Positions 53,866-63,906 of a stretch of 64,000 bases of DNA are shown here, in pieces (the stretch's first letter is position 1; every line of letters starts with the position of its first letter). Source of the stretch: Elusimicrobiota bacterium (GTDB taxonomy: Bacteria; Elusimicrobiota; Elusimicrobia; UBA1565; JACRDR01). Below the pieces are notes generated by a model. It did not search any database. It was not told the DNA's origin and saw only the letters and a program-made list of their open reading frames with translations. Location of the stretch: positions 1 to 64,000 of the forward strand of contig JBGFSC010000007.1 of assembly GCA_041694815.1 (NCBI GenBank), given 5' to 3'. The position numbers were made by a program, and so were the translations under genes.

Positions 53866-55419
53866 TCAGGCCACCCTGGTCCGCGCCCCATGCTTTGATC
53901 TTTCGAATAGTTCCAACAATCGAATCAACTCTTGGTCCTGCTCCAACCAATGCGGATGCTCAGCCGAACGATCAGTGATCGTGGGCCGCGGTTCGAATGA
54001 GTATCCTCTTGCGCTCAAAAAAGAGAAAAATTCCTCGTAAATGTCGATAGGCTTGCAATCAACCCTAACCCTAAGACCATCCAATCGTTTCCTCACGCCA
54101 GTGGGGTGGCCGTATAAATACTGCACATACATGCCGAACTTTTTGGCTAGTCCTAACTCCTCCTCGCTCCAACTGGCCGTCCGAATCACCTCGTAGGGCG
54201 GCTTGGGATCATGCTCAATCCCGTACTTTCCCGGAGAGATCGCGAATTCAGACCCAGGCACCACGACAAAAGGATGAATGACCAGGGCATCGGGCTCCAG
54301 GCGCAGCGCATAATCGATGGACTCCCTGAAGCCTTCATAATGATCGCCTGGCAAACCGCAAATGAGCTCCAATATCGCCCGTCCACTCAACGTGCTCCGA
54401 AATCTCCTGAACCGTTCCGCGTATCTCTCCTTATGCAGGACCCTGCCAGAAGCCTCAAGAGCTCCCGCATACACCGTCTGAAGGCCGGCGACGTATACAT
54501 TGGAAGAGAAACAAGAGTCCCGTAGCAATTCCAGCAGCTCCTCATCGAGGTGTTCGGGATTCATGGAGAATGCAATTCCCACCGGGGCCATGCCCGACTC
54601 CTCTCTTGCTCCATTTTCTTCTATGAGGATACGCAACAGCCCTTTCGCGTGAGCCGGGGGCAGCAGGATATCCGCATCGCAGAACGTGACGATTTGGAGT
54701 TGGGGCAACCGAAAAAATATTCCAAAATCCTCCCGCACTTGGTCCAAGCTCCGCAGGCGCAGCCTACGCCCAATCCCGCTGACGTCCCAAGAACAATATC
54801 GGCACACGAATGGACAACCTCGGGACGCCTCATAACGCATTTGGCCCGCCGCAGCAAACCCTCGCAGCTCTTCTCGAAACATGCTCCAACTGAAGCGCAT
54901 TTGCTCCAGATCGGCAACGGGCGGGCGAGGAATGTTCATCACAACCTCGCCATTCGCACGCCAGGCGATTCCCTGCACGGAATGCAACGGCATCCCCTGC
55001 TCGAGGGTTCGAAGCAGGTCGACAAGAGTTATCTCCCCTTCGCCTATGCAGACGAAATCCAAGGCGGGATGACGCCGGAGGATATCGGTCGGTGTGGTCG
55101 TCACTTCCGGACCTCCAACGATGATCCGAACCTCTGGACGCAGCTCCTTGATGGCTTGGCAGAGCGAAAATACCCTCGAAGAATTCCATGCGTAGACCGA
55201 AAAGCCTATAAGATTTGGCTCCTGCGAGAGGATCCATTCGATGATCAATGAATCCTCATCGGTGGAATAAAATCCCTTATAACTGATCTCCTTCTGATCA
55301 AAGCCCGCGCGCTGGACAGCATACCCGACCAGATGCAGTATGGACAGCGGTAGAGGAAAACCTACGTCGTTTCCAACTAGGTTAGATTTGGGTGAAATGC
55401 CGACTAGGCAGGCGCGCAT
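53866..55419 (-). CDS. Cobalamin-binding radical SAM protein
   Basis: IGFSVYAWN, IVGGPE, GEGE, EASRGCPFVCRYC, GLQT, GLPGD. Confidence 0.92.
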   Translation of the reverse strand: MRACLVGISPKSNLVGNDVGFPLPLSILHLVGYAVQRAGFDQKEISYKGFYSTDEDSLIIEWILSQEPNLIGFSVYAWNSSRVFSLCQAIKELRPEVRIIVGGPEVTTTPTDILRRHPALDFVCIGEGEITLVDLLRTLEQGMPLHSVQGIAWRANGEVVMNIPRPPVADLEQMRFSWSMFREELRGFAAAGQMRYEASRGCPFVCRYCSWDVSGIGRRLRLRSLDQVREDFGIFFRLPQLQIVTFCDADILLPPAHAKGLLRILIEENGAREESGMAPVGIAFSMNPEHLDEELLELLRDSCFSSNVYVAGLQTVYAGALEASGRVLHKERYAERFRRFRSTLSGRAILELICGLPGDHYEGFRESIDYALRLEPDALVIHPFVVVPGSEFAISPGKYGIEHDPKPPYEVIRTASWSEEELGLAKKFGMYVQYLYGHPTGVRKRLDGLRVRVDCKPIDIYEEFFSFLSARGYSFEPRPTITDRSAEHPHWLEQDQELIRLLELFERSKHGARTRVA

Positions 55420-55421
55420 GG

Positions 55422-56372
55422 TTAATCGCGTATACGCCTAGCGAATAAGCAGCGCTGCCCTGCGTAGTAAGGGACAACCGCCTGGGATAATCCACCAAGT
55501 CTTACGGCAAGCCCGGCCAAGGCCCCAAACATCGCCGAGATGGATTTCGCGCGGATCGCAAGGTAACCCAGAGGCAAGTATTGGACGTGTCGTTTGACGG
55601 CGAAAACTTCGAAACCTCGTCGCGCAATGAGCGCAGTCAAGGTTTGAGGAGTAAAGTAAAACAGATGCGCTGAGAGAAGAAACCACCACCGTCGGCCAAA
55701 CAGTTTGGCCAACGGGTCCGAAATGTCGGGCCAATTCACAACTAGGAGACCCCCAGGTTTCAACAACCTTGCCGCCTCTTTTACAGCGGAAGCCGGATCC
55801 GAAAGGTGTTCCAGGACGTCCCAAAACGTCACCAAGTCGAAATAAGCGTCCGACCAAGGGGCTGCCTGCAACGTCGCCGCTTCGATGGATACGCCGGTCC
55901 GTTCGCGGGCAAACCGCCGCAACCAAGCGTTCGGCTCGACGCCGCTCGCCTTCCAGCCGTGCTCTTCCGCAATCCTCATAAAAAAGCCGGCCGCCGCGCC
56001 GACATCGAGTGCCCTCCCGGTTGAGGGCAGGTGCGGTTGCATGCTTCTCCAGTATCCGCGAAAGGTCCTCATCCGGCTTGCCATCTGCTCAACGTAGCGA
56101 GCGTCCTCACCTTCCGAATACGCATCAAGAACGGCTCTCGGATGGGGCTGAGGATTAAGATAAACCAGATCGCAGCGGCGACACCGCACTAGGCGTTCGC
56201 TCCCAAGACGGTCGCTAGTAGCCGTAAAGTTAGAATCAGAATTCCCCGAGACCCGAGGCGACGTTTCAAAGACGAACACGGCATCATCGGCGCCGCATAG
56301 ATTGCACGCGACGTGGACGCGATCGGCGCCAGGCCGATTGCTGGCAAATGATTCAACCCGTGCGCAGCTCAT
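55422..56372 (-). CDS. Class I SAM-dependent methyltransferase with N-terminal Zn-ribbon
   Basis: CNLC...CRRC, LDVGAAAG, GVEP, FDLVTFWDVLEH, LKPGG. Confidence 0.9.
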   Translation of the reverse strand: MSCARVESFASNRPGADRVHVACNLCGADDAVFVFETSPRVSGNSDSNFTATSDRLGSERLVRCRRCDLVYLNPQPHPRAVLDAYSEGEDARYVEQMASRMRTFRGYWRSMQPHLPSTGRALDVGAAAGFFMRIAEEHGWKASGVEPNAWLRRFARERTGVSIEAATLQAAPWSDAYFDLVTFWDVLEHLSDPASAVKEAARLLKPGGLLVVNWPDISDPLAKLFGRRWWFLLSAHLFYFTPQTLTALIARRGFEVFAVKRHVQYLPLGYLAIRAKSISAMFGALAGLAVRLGGLSQAVVPYYAGQRCLFARRIRD

Positions 56373-57957
56373 CGATGGGATTCGAATAAAAGAGCCTTGG
56401 GAAGAAAACCCTGGCAGCCGTCGACGCCTTCCACCCTAGGGAACCGTCCCGGAAGCTATTGCGAAACTGCCTAGCAAGGTACCTCGGCCGGGAATAGAAT
56501 TCCCAATAAAAGCGGTTATACCAGCTTTTGAGCACTTGCGGCGTCAGCTCAGGATTAGGATGCGTATAGACGTCGGCGGCACGGTGGACGTTGTAGAGGT
56601 CCCAACGCTCCGGCTTTTTTATCAGGCCCTTACGCTCATACTCCGCGAAGAGCGGCGTGTCCGGAAAGGGCATGCAAACGGTAACTTTTGCGTAATCAGG
56701 CATCAGACGCTTCGCGAATTCAAAAGTGGCGCGCATCGACCGGAATGTCTCCCCTGGCGTGCCGATCATAAAGAAACCGACCACCTCGATGCCGACCGCG
56801 CGAAACATTTCCATAGCCTCGATACTTTGCTCGACATCAAGGTCCTTTTTTATGGAGTCCAGCGCGCCCTGATCGCCGGACTCAAAACCGCACGCAACCT
56901 GATACAAGCCTGCGCGCTTAAAATGCTCCAGGAACCGACGTGAACAACGGTCGGCACGGATGCCGGCGGCAAGATTAAAGTCAAACTTGAGGCCGGCCGC
57001 AAGGACTTTTTCGGCAATTTCCTCCGCGCGTTTAACGCTTGCCAAAAACTGATCATCGACAATGCGCACTTCCTTGATGCCGAAGGCTTTATAATGTACG
57101 AGTTCCGCCAACACGCGATCGGCGCTAAAAACACGGTACTGATCGTACGATGCCGAGCAGAAACTACACTCGGAGGGGCAGCCCCTGCTGGTCTCCAACT
57201 GAATCAGTGGGTGGCTGCGAGCGATCAGGCGCGGATTGCGGTAGCGCCAGAATTCATAGAGCTCCAGATCCTGGAATGGAAGCGCATCAAGCTCATCGCG
57301 GCGCATTTTAGGCCGTGGCGGCGTGAATTCGATCTCAGGCTCGTCCGAAAGGACCGCATCCTTTTGAACGGCATAAGCGCCCTCACCGTTGGCAAGGCGT
57401 GTAATAATCCCATCGACGTCGATCATCATCCGCCGCCGATCATCCTTCCGGTAAGCGATCCCTTTGATCTCGGCTCGTGCCTTCTGCTGGCAGATTTCAC
57501 CGAACGTTTTTTCTCCTTCTCCGATAACGACCACATCGCACATCGAATCGACCAGGCTTTCCACGGGCAGACGCCGGTTGAGGCCACCCGAAGCATGCAC
57601 TCCTCCGTGGATCACGATCGACTCGGGTCCCAACACCCACTTGGCAATGATACCCGCCAACTTGGCCTCATAATAGACCGGTGTCGTAACGGTTAGGCAG
57701 ACGAATTTCGGCTTTTCCTCAATGAGAAATCGGACCAGCCCCTTCCAAGCCATGGCTTGGCGGTTATCACGTATGCCCATATCGAAGATCGCAGTCTTAA
57801 ATCCAGGGATCAGCCTTTTGACGTACGCTGATAGCCAAAGAAAGGCTCCAACCATCTGCACCTGCGTGGCAACGTCAATCTTCGTTCCCGTATAAGCGGT
57901 GAACATGCTGGGTTGCACGATGAATGCCGCCTTCGCTTCGTCTAGCTTAGGGTGCAT
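56353..57957 (-). CDS. Cobalamin-binding radical SAM protein
   Basis: GGVHAS, GEGE, TSRGCPSECSFC, GFESG, GTPGET, PFPDT. Confidence 0.92.
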   Translation of the reverse strand: MHPKLDEAKAAFIVQPSMFTAYTGTKIDVATQVQMVGAFLWLSAYVKRLIPGFKTAIFDMGIRDNRQAMAWKGLVRFLIEEKPKFVCLTVTTPVYYEAKLAGIIAKWVLGPESIVIHGGVHASGGLNRRLPVESLVDSMCDVVVIGEGEKTFGEICQQKARAEIKGIAYRKDDRRRMMIDVDGIITRLANGEGAYAVQKDAVLSDEPEIEFTPPRPKMRRDELDALPFQDLELYEFWRYRNPRLIARSHPLIQLETSRGCPSECSFCSASYDQYRVFSADRVLAELVHYKAFGIKEVRIVDDQFLASVKRAEEIAEKVLAAGLKFDFNLAAGIRADRCSRRFLEHFKRAGLYQVACGFESGDQGALDSIKKDLDVEQSIEAMEMFRAVGIEVVGFFMIGTPGETFRSMRATFEFAKRLMPDYAKVTVCMPFPDTPLFAEYERKGLIKKPERWDLYNVHRAADVYTHPNPELTPQVLKSWYNRFYWEFYSRPRYLARQFRNSFRDGSLGWKASTAARVFFPRLFYSNPIDELRTG

Positions 57958-58006
57958 TGCTAATTATCACTCACGCGATTAAATATGGTAAAAGGCGTCA
58001 GCGCAG

Positions 58007-59539
58007 ATGAGCGGCAAACAAAAATCAGGCCTAGTCCGAGGCGCGACGACAGTCTTCTTCCTCGCAACCGCGGCGCTTCTTTGGCGCGAATTAGGCCGCA
58101 CAGGGCTCATATCGGATGAAGGGCGCTTGGGAGCCTACGCCTCCTACATGCTCTGGGGTGAGCCGGCGCTGGAGCTCCTACAGAATCCTTTCCAGCAGTT
58201 CGCGGGCCGCATACTACTTCAGTATAGCTTTTATGTCGGCCCATGGAACTGTTACGCCGTAGCGCTTATGCTCTGGCTAACCCAGGACAAAGTGCTGGCC
58301 ATCAAGCTGGTCGCGCTCACATGGGGGCTTTTAGGGGTTTGGGCTTGCTACCGACTCTCTTCTGTCTGCTCCTGTAGCAGGAGAACGGGCCTTTTGAGCG
58401 CAGCCGTACTGGTAACAAGTCCTTTTTTCCTTTCCATGTTGAGGGCCGATTTCTTCCTGCCTGCGATTTTCTTCACCGCTTTCGCTTTCGCAATGCTGTT
58501 TAAGGTCGTGCGAACCGGACGTGACAAACACTGGCTTTTATCGCTGGCGCTAGTGGGCATGGGCATTGGCTTCTCCCACCCATTCTTAGCGGCGGCGGCC
58601 TCTTTTCTTTTACTCGCTTGGCGGCATCGCCGGCGTCTACCGATCCTCCGTCCGGGAAAGACGCCGACCTCCCGGCTTGCCTTATCGACGGCGCTGCTCT
58701 CCGTGGGCATATTCCCGCTCGTGCTGGCAAACATGCTCAACGGATGGCAAGCGCTGACATGGGCCTTCGAATTCCTGTTCGTTTCGCTCAACGGAGTCCA
58801 TAACGACGATTATCTGCGGAACCTGGCGCATCGACTGGGCGATCTCGTCAAGGTGTTCGGCTTACCCGGCCTATCTCTTTCTGGATTGGCACTGGCTCTC
58901 TATGCCATCGGCCGACAACGCTCGTCGCCGAATGCCAACACCGCAGGATCGCTTTGGGTCGCGACAGCCCCCATCGTGCTGCTATCTCCGCTCACCTTCT
59001 GTTCCTTAGTCCCCCCTCACTTGGCGTCCCTTTTTCCGATCGTTCTCGCCGCCATCGCCGCGACGCCTTGCGCCATTTCTGCCGCGCACGGCAGGTGGAG
59101 AGCGACCGCTCCCTTGGTCCTTGGGCTTTGGCTCGGCGTCAATGTTTTGAGCCGGGCACGAGGTCGCGGGACAGCGGTTCCAGAAGCACCCCGGCAGATC
59201 CTCGATGTGGCGCGCTGGGCCGATAACCGAACTGGAACCTACTCTACGTTCTCTTTCTCAACCTACTGGCCTTTGATCTACCTTATGAAGAATAGCCAAA
59301 ACATCGATTGTTTTATCGGCAGGCGGTCTGACCCCGTAGCCTTGGAGCGCCACGTCGGCGCTATGATCGACCAATCACACCGACACGGAGCCGTGCTTAT
59401 GACCGGTGATCCCCTTGAAAAGCCGGCTCTCACCGCGATGGCATCGGCGGCGCGGCGGCGCGGAAAAAAGATTGTTCTTGCCGAGCAATTCAGGGCAGGC
59501 GATGGCTCGGTGGTGTATAGGGTCTATGAATTCCGGTGA
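58007..59539 (+). CDS. Multi-pass membrane protein, ArnT/PMT-like (GT-C) glycosyltransferase
   Basis: N-terminal TM followed by SDEG, about 11 hydrophobic segments, soluble C-terminal tail. Confidence 0.6.
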   Translation: MSGKQKSGLVRGATTVFFLATAALLWRELGRTGLISDEGRLGAYASYMLWGEPALELLQNPFQQFAGRILLQYSFYVGPWNCYAVALMLWLTQDKVLAIKLVALTWGLLGVWACYRLSSVCSCSRRTGLLSAAVLVTSPFFLSMLRADFFLPAIFFTAFAFAMLFKVVRTGRDKHWLLSLALVGMGIGFSHPFLAAAASFLLLAWRHRRRLPILRPGKTPTSRLALSTALLSVGIFPLVLANMLNGWQALTWAFEFLFVSLNGVHNDDYLRNLAHRLGDLVKVFGLPGLSLSGLALALYAIGRQRSSPNANTAGSLWVATAPIVLLSPLTFCSLVPPHLASLFPIVLAAIAATPCAISAAHGRWRATAPLVLGLWLGVNVLSRARGRGTAVPEAPRQILDVARWADNRTGTYSTFSFSTYWPLIYLMKNSQNIDCFIGRRSDPVALERHVGAMIDQSHRHGAVLMTGDPLEKPALTAMASAARRRGKKIVLAEQFRAGDGSVVYRVYEFR

Positions 59540-59544
59540 TACCT

Positions 59545-60267
59545 TCAGACGAACCGGTATTTCAGAAGACTCCAAAGCCCAATAAAAAAATCCGCGGCTT
59601 TAATTTTTTTCCCTTCAGCCCTTGACCTAGGATGGTATCCGACCTCCACCTCGATAATCGGCAATCCCCGAAGAATCAGCTTGGCGGTGATCTCATGGTC
59701 TGCCTCGAATCCTAAGGATTGAACGCCCATGCCCCGCACCTGGTCGATCGGATAAAGCTTGTATCCAGTCAACGGGTCGGCGATTCGACGCTGATATAAA
59801 AGCGCGATCCAGGCCGATAGCAGACGGTTGGCCAGCCAGGCACCAATCTCTTGATTAGGGTGCTTTTTCCCCCGTGCAACCCCGCGACTTCCGTAAACTG
59901 CTGCCTCAGGATGGCGCGCCAAGGCCTCCAGCATTCTTGGATAGTCGCAAGGATCGTATTCGAGATCCGCGTCTTGGATCAGAACATAATCGCCGGAGGC
60001 TGCCTCGATGCCACGTTGGACCGCCGCCCCCTTACCTCGGTTGGGCTGCCGTACGCACATTACCCTGCGGTCCGAAGCGGCGATTTGACCCGTCCGGTCC
60101 GTAGAACCGTCGTCTACGACGATGATTTCTGTCGCGATCCCCTTCAAGGCAGCACAGGCCGCGTGGACGCGGTCGATAAGAACGCCGAGCGTCCTTTCTT
60201 CGTTATATGCCGGAATCACGATCGAAAGCGATCCGATCCCGCGACTTACCTTAGCGTCCGTCCGCAC
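59545..60267 (-). CDS. GT2 polyprenol-phosphate glycosyltransferase (DPM1-like)
   Basis: LSIVIPAYNE, VDDGSTD, NRGKG, QDADLEYDP, YGSR, TGYK, EGKKI. Start uncertain. Confidence 0.88.
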   Translation of the reverse strand: MRTDAKVSRGIGSLSIVIPAYNEERTLGVLIDRVHAACAALKGIATEIIVVDDGSTDRTGQIAASDRRVMCVRQPNRGKGAAVQRGIEAASGDYVLIQDADLEYDPCDYPRMLEALARHPEAAVYGSRGVARGKKHPNQEIGAWLANRLLSAWIALLYQRRIADPLTGYKLYPIDQVRGMGVQSLGFEADHEITAKLILRGLPIIEVEVGYHPRSRAEGKKIKAADFFIGLWSLLKYRFV

Positions 60268-61408
60268 GTACCGTCCGCAATGCTTCGCTGACCACATGGC
60301 CTCCCGAATGGAAGTCGGTCCCTCGAGACCAATCCCGCACGATAAAGCCGCCCGCCGGCAACATGTGCCGGAGTCTTCCAAGAGGTATTGCCAACGGATC
60401 GTCTGAGCCTTTCGGAGAGTTGACGAAAAAGGAGTCTACGAGATCAGGAAGAGGTAAGTTCAACGCTCCCTTCCGGTTCATGTAAAAGAGGAATTTATCA
60501 ATTAGGCTCGCGACGGTCTCCCCGGTCAAGTCAGCATCCCTATGGAGGTTTACGATGAAAATCTTTTTAGCCTTCCGGTTCGCAGCAATAGCCTCGGCTA
60601 TACCTTCCGTCAGGTAGGAAGGGAACAAAGAGGAGTGTTGCGTGCCAGGGCCATATAAAATCAGATCGGCGGTCTTTAACGCACGTTCGGCACCCGGATT
60701 CGGGCGAGGTGATCGCTGGCTGGCGGCAAGCACGCGCCGCATACGTTCGCCAGAGAGCCGCTTGATCCCGCACGCGTCGAAGCCTGGTTCCAGCAAGAAA
60801 ATCTCTCGGATCGGCACCTGCGCATGTTCGGATGCGATCGCCGCTTCGTTTACCATGAACGAGCCGCCCTGAGAAAGTCCCACGAGGATGAGATTGGCTC
60901 CATCCGTCACATTGACTACCTTGCCTCGAAGCCCACAATGCTTTCCAAAATCATCAATTGCCGCGTTAAAATTGCGATTACACGCCAGATAACAACCCGC
61001 AAAGATAATGTTTCCCACGGCGCAGTCTCCGAACCGAAAACGCCGGCCCCCTCGCCTTTGCGCTTCGACATAGTTCCAAAAAAATTCACACCAGCGGCTA
61101 AAAATGATCGCGTGCGTAGGTTGCAAAAGAGCTAGCGCAGTTCGAATCCACTCGTGGGCAAGGCGTTCGTCACATCGGCGAGGCAGCCGTGCCCGCAATA
61201 GCTCCCGAAGGACTGCCTCATCGGCCGGCACGAGGCGCGCGACGTTCTTGCGAATATCCGAAGGGCCCAGCATTCCTGGCAAAAATGCCCGCATCCGGCC
61301 AGTGGATCGGCCGTCGTCATAAGCGTTCACCAACAAGGTCAAGGAAACTTGAGGACGCTCCAGCAAGGCGTTAGTAATCGAGTCCGTTCCAGTTCCTCCG
61401 CTGAACAT
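60251..61408 (-). CDS. YvcK/CofD (UPF0052) family protein
   Basis: FSGGTG, AYDDGRSTG, PSDIRK, GNI, ADLILYGPGTQHSSLFP. Start uncertain (see findings). Confidence 0.85.
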   Translation of the reverse strand: MFSGGTGTDSITNALLERPQVSLTLLVNAYDDGRSTGRMRAFLPGMLGPSDIRKNVARLVPADEAVLRELLRARLPRRCDERLAHEWIRTALALLQPTHAIIFSRWCEFFWNYVEAQRRGGRRFRFGDCAVGNIIFAGCYLACNRNFNAAIDDFGKHCGLRGKVVNVTDGANLILVGLSQGGSFMVNEAAIASEHAQVPIREIFLLEPGFDACGIKRLSGERMRRVLAASQRSPRPNPGAERALKTADLILYGPGTQHSSLFPSYLTEGIAEAIAANRKAKKIFIVNLHRDADLTGETVASLIDKFLFYMNRKGALNLPLPDLVDSFFVNSPKGSDDPLAIPLGRLRHMLPAGGFIVRDWSRGTDFHSGGHVVSEALRTVRADGR

Positions 61409-62237
61409 GGCGACCGAGACCCGTCTGGACGGCTTGCTTGGTTCGACGTCGTAAGGCGCGAGCGACCGATTCGGCGTCCTGCGCGGTATTGATACCAACG
61501 GTTTCGATTGGATCATAGACCCGGACCGTGATCAAGGAGCCTGCACCGTCGTCGAAATCGGGAAGATGGGCCAACAGGTTGTGCTCCCTGGTCGTCTTTC
61601 CTTGGGGCGGGCTTTCCAGACTTCCTTGCAGTACTCGAAATAATGCACTGGTCCTGAACAAGAAAAGTCCGCAGTCGTTTTCGCCACGTTCCGGAATCTG
61701 CTCCGATTCCCGCGTTTGCAATACGCGAATGATTCTCCGGGAGGAATCGCGTACGAGATGCACATAGGGGCGATCGCGTAAGACCGCGGGGATCGCCGCA
61801 TTCGCCGAAGCGTTTGCCTCCAGCAGGGTCATGCATGCCGCCACCGTCCGCGGACGAGGAGTGATCTGGTCTCCCCAAAGCACGAGTGTATAGGGAGTCC
61901 GCACCACCTCTCTGCAGAGCGTCACCGCTGGCGCGGTACCGGAGGGGTGATCCTGCACCAATATCCGTGTTCGCCCCCGCATCTCTGCGCTTAACGCGGC
62001 CCTCAAAGGAGAGGTCGCCTCCGGAGAAACTACGAAAACCAAGCGGCTGCAGATGGGCTCCAGGAGATCGATGATCCAGTGTAGAATCGGCCTCCCTAAT
62101 ACCGGATATAGAATCTTGGGACCGCGCGTCCCTAGGCGGGTCCCATTTCCTGCCGCCGGTACAATAGCGGTCCATTGAAGTGCTAATTCGGGTCCGCGCG
62201 CTTGGGGCACGCCATCAATATCATAGACTCGGCGCAT
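61371..62237 (-). CDS. NTP transferase (GlmU N-terminal/MobA-like)
   Basis: IVPAAGNGTRL...PK, Q..PSGTA, WGD, GINT. Confidence 0.85.
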   Translation of the reverse strand: MRRVYDIDGVPQARGPELALQWTAIVPAAGNGTRLGTRGPKILYPVLGRPILHWIIDLLEPICSRLVFVVSPEATSPLRAALSAEMRGRTRILVQDHPSGTAPAVTLCREVVRTPYTLVLWGDQITPRPRTVAACMTLLEANASANAAIPAVLRDRPYVHLVRDSSRRIIRVLQTRESEQIPERGENDCGLFLFRTSALFRVLQGSLESPPQGKTTREHNLLAHLPDFDDGAGSLITVRVYDPIETVGINTAQDAESVARALRRRTKQAVQTGLGRHVQRRNWNGLDY

Positions 62238-62268
62238 GCGGCACGTCTTCCACCATCATCCGTTACAA

Positions 62269-62277
62269 AGTATAGCA
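62269..62277 (-). promoter_or_regulatory. Candidate extended -10 (TGcTATACT) for the NTP transferase operon
   Basis: Intergenic, about 30 nt upstream of ATG 62237. Confidence 0.4.
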
Positions 62278-62297
62278 TACGGGGCTGCCGACGCCTC

Positions 62298-63263
62298 TCA
62301 CCGATCGACACCCGCCGCCTTCAGGCGGCGGATAATGAGGGTTCCCGCGAAGCGGTTGCCAGCGCTGTTCCAGTGGTCGTCGTTAGCGATATAGAATTCC
62401 CTCGCGCTCGATTTCCGGAACTCTGGCAGAAGATCGTAGCAATCCAGTCCGTTTGTCCGACAGAATTTTAAGAAAAGATCCTGGGCGATGCTTTCCTTCA
62501 ATATCTTCGGCCCAAGATGATAGCCTAGACCCGACAAGAAGGGATGGTGCGAACGGTTGACCTGCGCAGTCGCGGGGAAGATATGGACCAGCAGTCGGAC
62601 GTTTCTTTCTTTACACCAGTCGCTGATCCGCAGGATGATCTTCTGGTTTTTTTCCCATGCCGCACGCGACTCATGATCGTTTAGGGCGACATTATTCATG
62701 ATCCATTCCGGCCTGGCGCCGCCCAGCCCCAAAAAGGGATTGGCCGCATGACGGACTTCTGGATGCTCCCTTAATACTCGCTCTTTCGCGTCGGCCAACC
62801 ACCTTCTCTCGCGCCACGCGCGATAGCGCTCCCGAAAGACGCCGGTGATAAAAAGCCTCGTCCCGCCCTCCTCACCCATGGCCGCCTCGAATTCGGCCGG
62901 CATCGTCCGATAACGAGTATCGGTCAAATCGGTGGCAACGGCATAATTCAACAAGACCGTCTGCGGAGCGAAAAGATCTCCGTAGAGGCGCAGCACTTTC
63001 AAATAGTCGACCGGCCGCATGCCACCTTTGGCCAGGTTCAACATAGCGACACCTTGCGCCGAAAAATAGTCTTCCAATAAACGATTGAGCTCGCCCTGGT
63101 CGTTGATGAAGGAGTCGCCCAAAACGAGCACCCGCCTCGGTTGCTTCCGCAAAATGGACGCCCGATAAAAACCACTGGAAACCAGACCCAAACGGCAGCA
63201 CAATTCGGTGATACCGATCGCTACGGCTAATGAAATAAAAACTAGGAGGACTACTTTTTTCAC
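62298..63263 (-). CDS. Membrane-anchored SGNH hydrolase / AlgX-AlgJ-like O-acyltransferase
   Basis: N-terminal TM, VLVLGDSF, NLAKGG, C-terminal DDHWNSAGN. GTG start placed at 63263. Confidence 0.78.
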   Translation of the reverse strand: MKKVVLLVFISLAVAIGITELCCRLGLVSSGFYRASILRKQPRRVLVLGDSFINDQGELNRLLEDYFSAQGVAMLNLAKGGMRPVDYLKVLRLYGDLFAPQTVLLNYAVATDLTDTRYRTMPAEFEAAMGEEGGTRLFITGVFRERYRAWRERRWLADAKERVLREHPEVRHAANPFLGLGGARPEWIMNNVALNDHESRAAWEKNQKIILRISDWCKERNVRLLVHIFPATAQVNRSHHPFLSGLGYHLGPKILKESIAQDLFLKFCRTNGLDCYDLLPEFRKSSAREFYIANDDHWNSAGNRFAGTLIIRRLKAAGVDR

Positions 63264-63360
63264 GAAGGAACCTCGGCGCACCGCGAAAACGCTAGGGTCA
63301 GGCAGTCCTTGAACCTGCGACCACCCAGTTACGACCGAGCCTGGCCCGATTAGACTGATT

Positions 63361-63876
63361 TTACAAATAAATATTAGGCATATCGTCAACGGCCCGCCGC
63401 GCTCGCAGCTGGTTATGCCCGCGGCAGAGAAGGCGGATGTTGCCGGCGTGCCGGGAGGTGCCGCCGAGGGCCCAGGGGATGATGTGGTCGAATTCAAGGC
63501 CTTCGCGCTCGGGGCAGCGGCTGCCGTCGGCCAAGACCTGGACGCATCTGGCGCCGTCACGCAGCCACACCTCGTCCTTGACCCTCTGCGGGATGCGGCG
63601 GCTCGGCTCGGCGAGGGCCCGCTCGACGGGAATGCGCTCCAGGGCTTTTTCCTGCATCGCCCGGCGTTCGGGGTCCCTCTTGGCGAGGAAGAGCTCGAGC
63701 AGCTCGTCCATGAGATCCTCGAAGCCTAGGCGGTAAAATTTGTGCCCGAGAAGCTCTTGGACCCTTCTTAGCTTTTGCAGTAGCCGGGCGTCCGCCGTGA
63801 AACCGAAGCATACGCGCTCGGGCCACAGGGGGCCGACCTCATTTCGTTGGAGGGCCGTTCTTCCGGGCATCCCCAT
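63361..63876 (-). CDS. HNH endonuclease domain protein
   Basis: RRIP..VK.EVW.RDG.RC...RC....LEFDHIIPWALGG....NIRLLCRGHN. Confidence 0.85.
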   Translation of the reverse strand: MGMPGRTALQRNEVGPLWPERVCFGFTADARLLQKLRRVQELLGHKFYRLGFEDLMDELLELFLAKRDPERRAMQEKALERIPVERALAEPSRRIPQRVKDEVWLRDGARCVQVLADGSRCPEREGLEFDHIIPWALGGTSRHAGNIRLLCRGHNQLRARRAVDDMPNIYL

Positions 63877-63906
63877 TAATACGAATGAACGCCGAAAAAG
63901 TTCCGC

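Noticed and set aside
63361..63876. HNH gene as evidence of a mobile element or defence system
   Set aside because: Stand-alone HNH with no terminal repeats, integrase or partner genes visible in the window.
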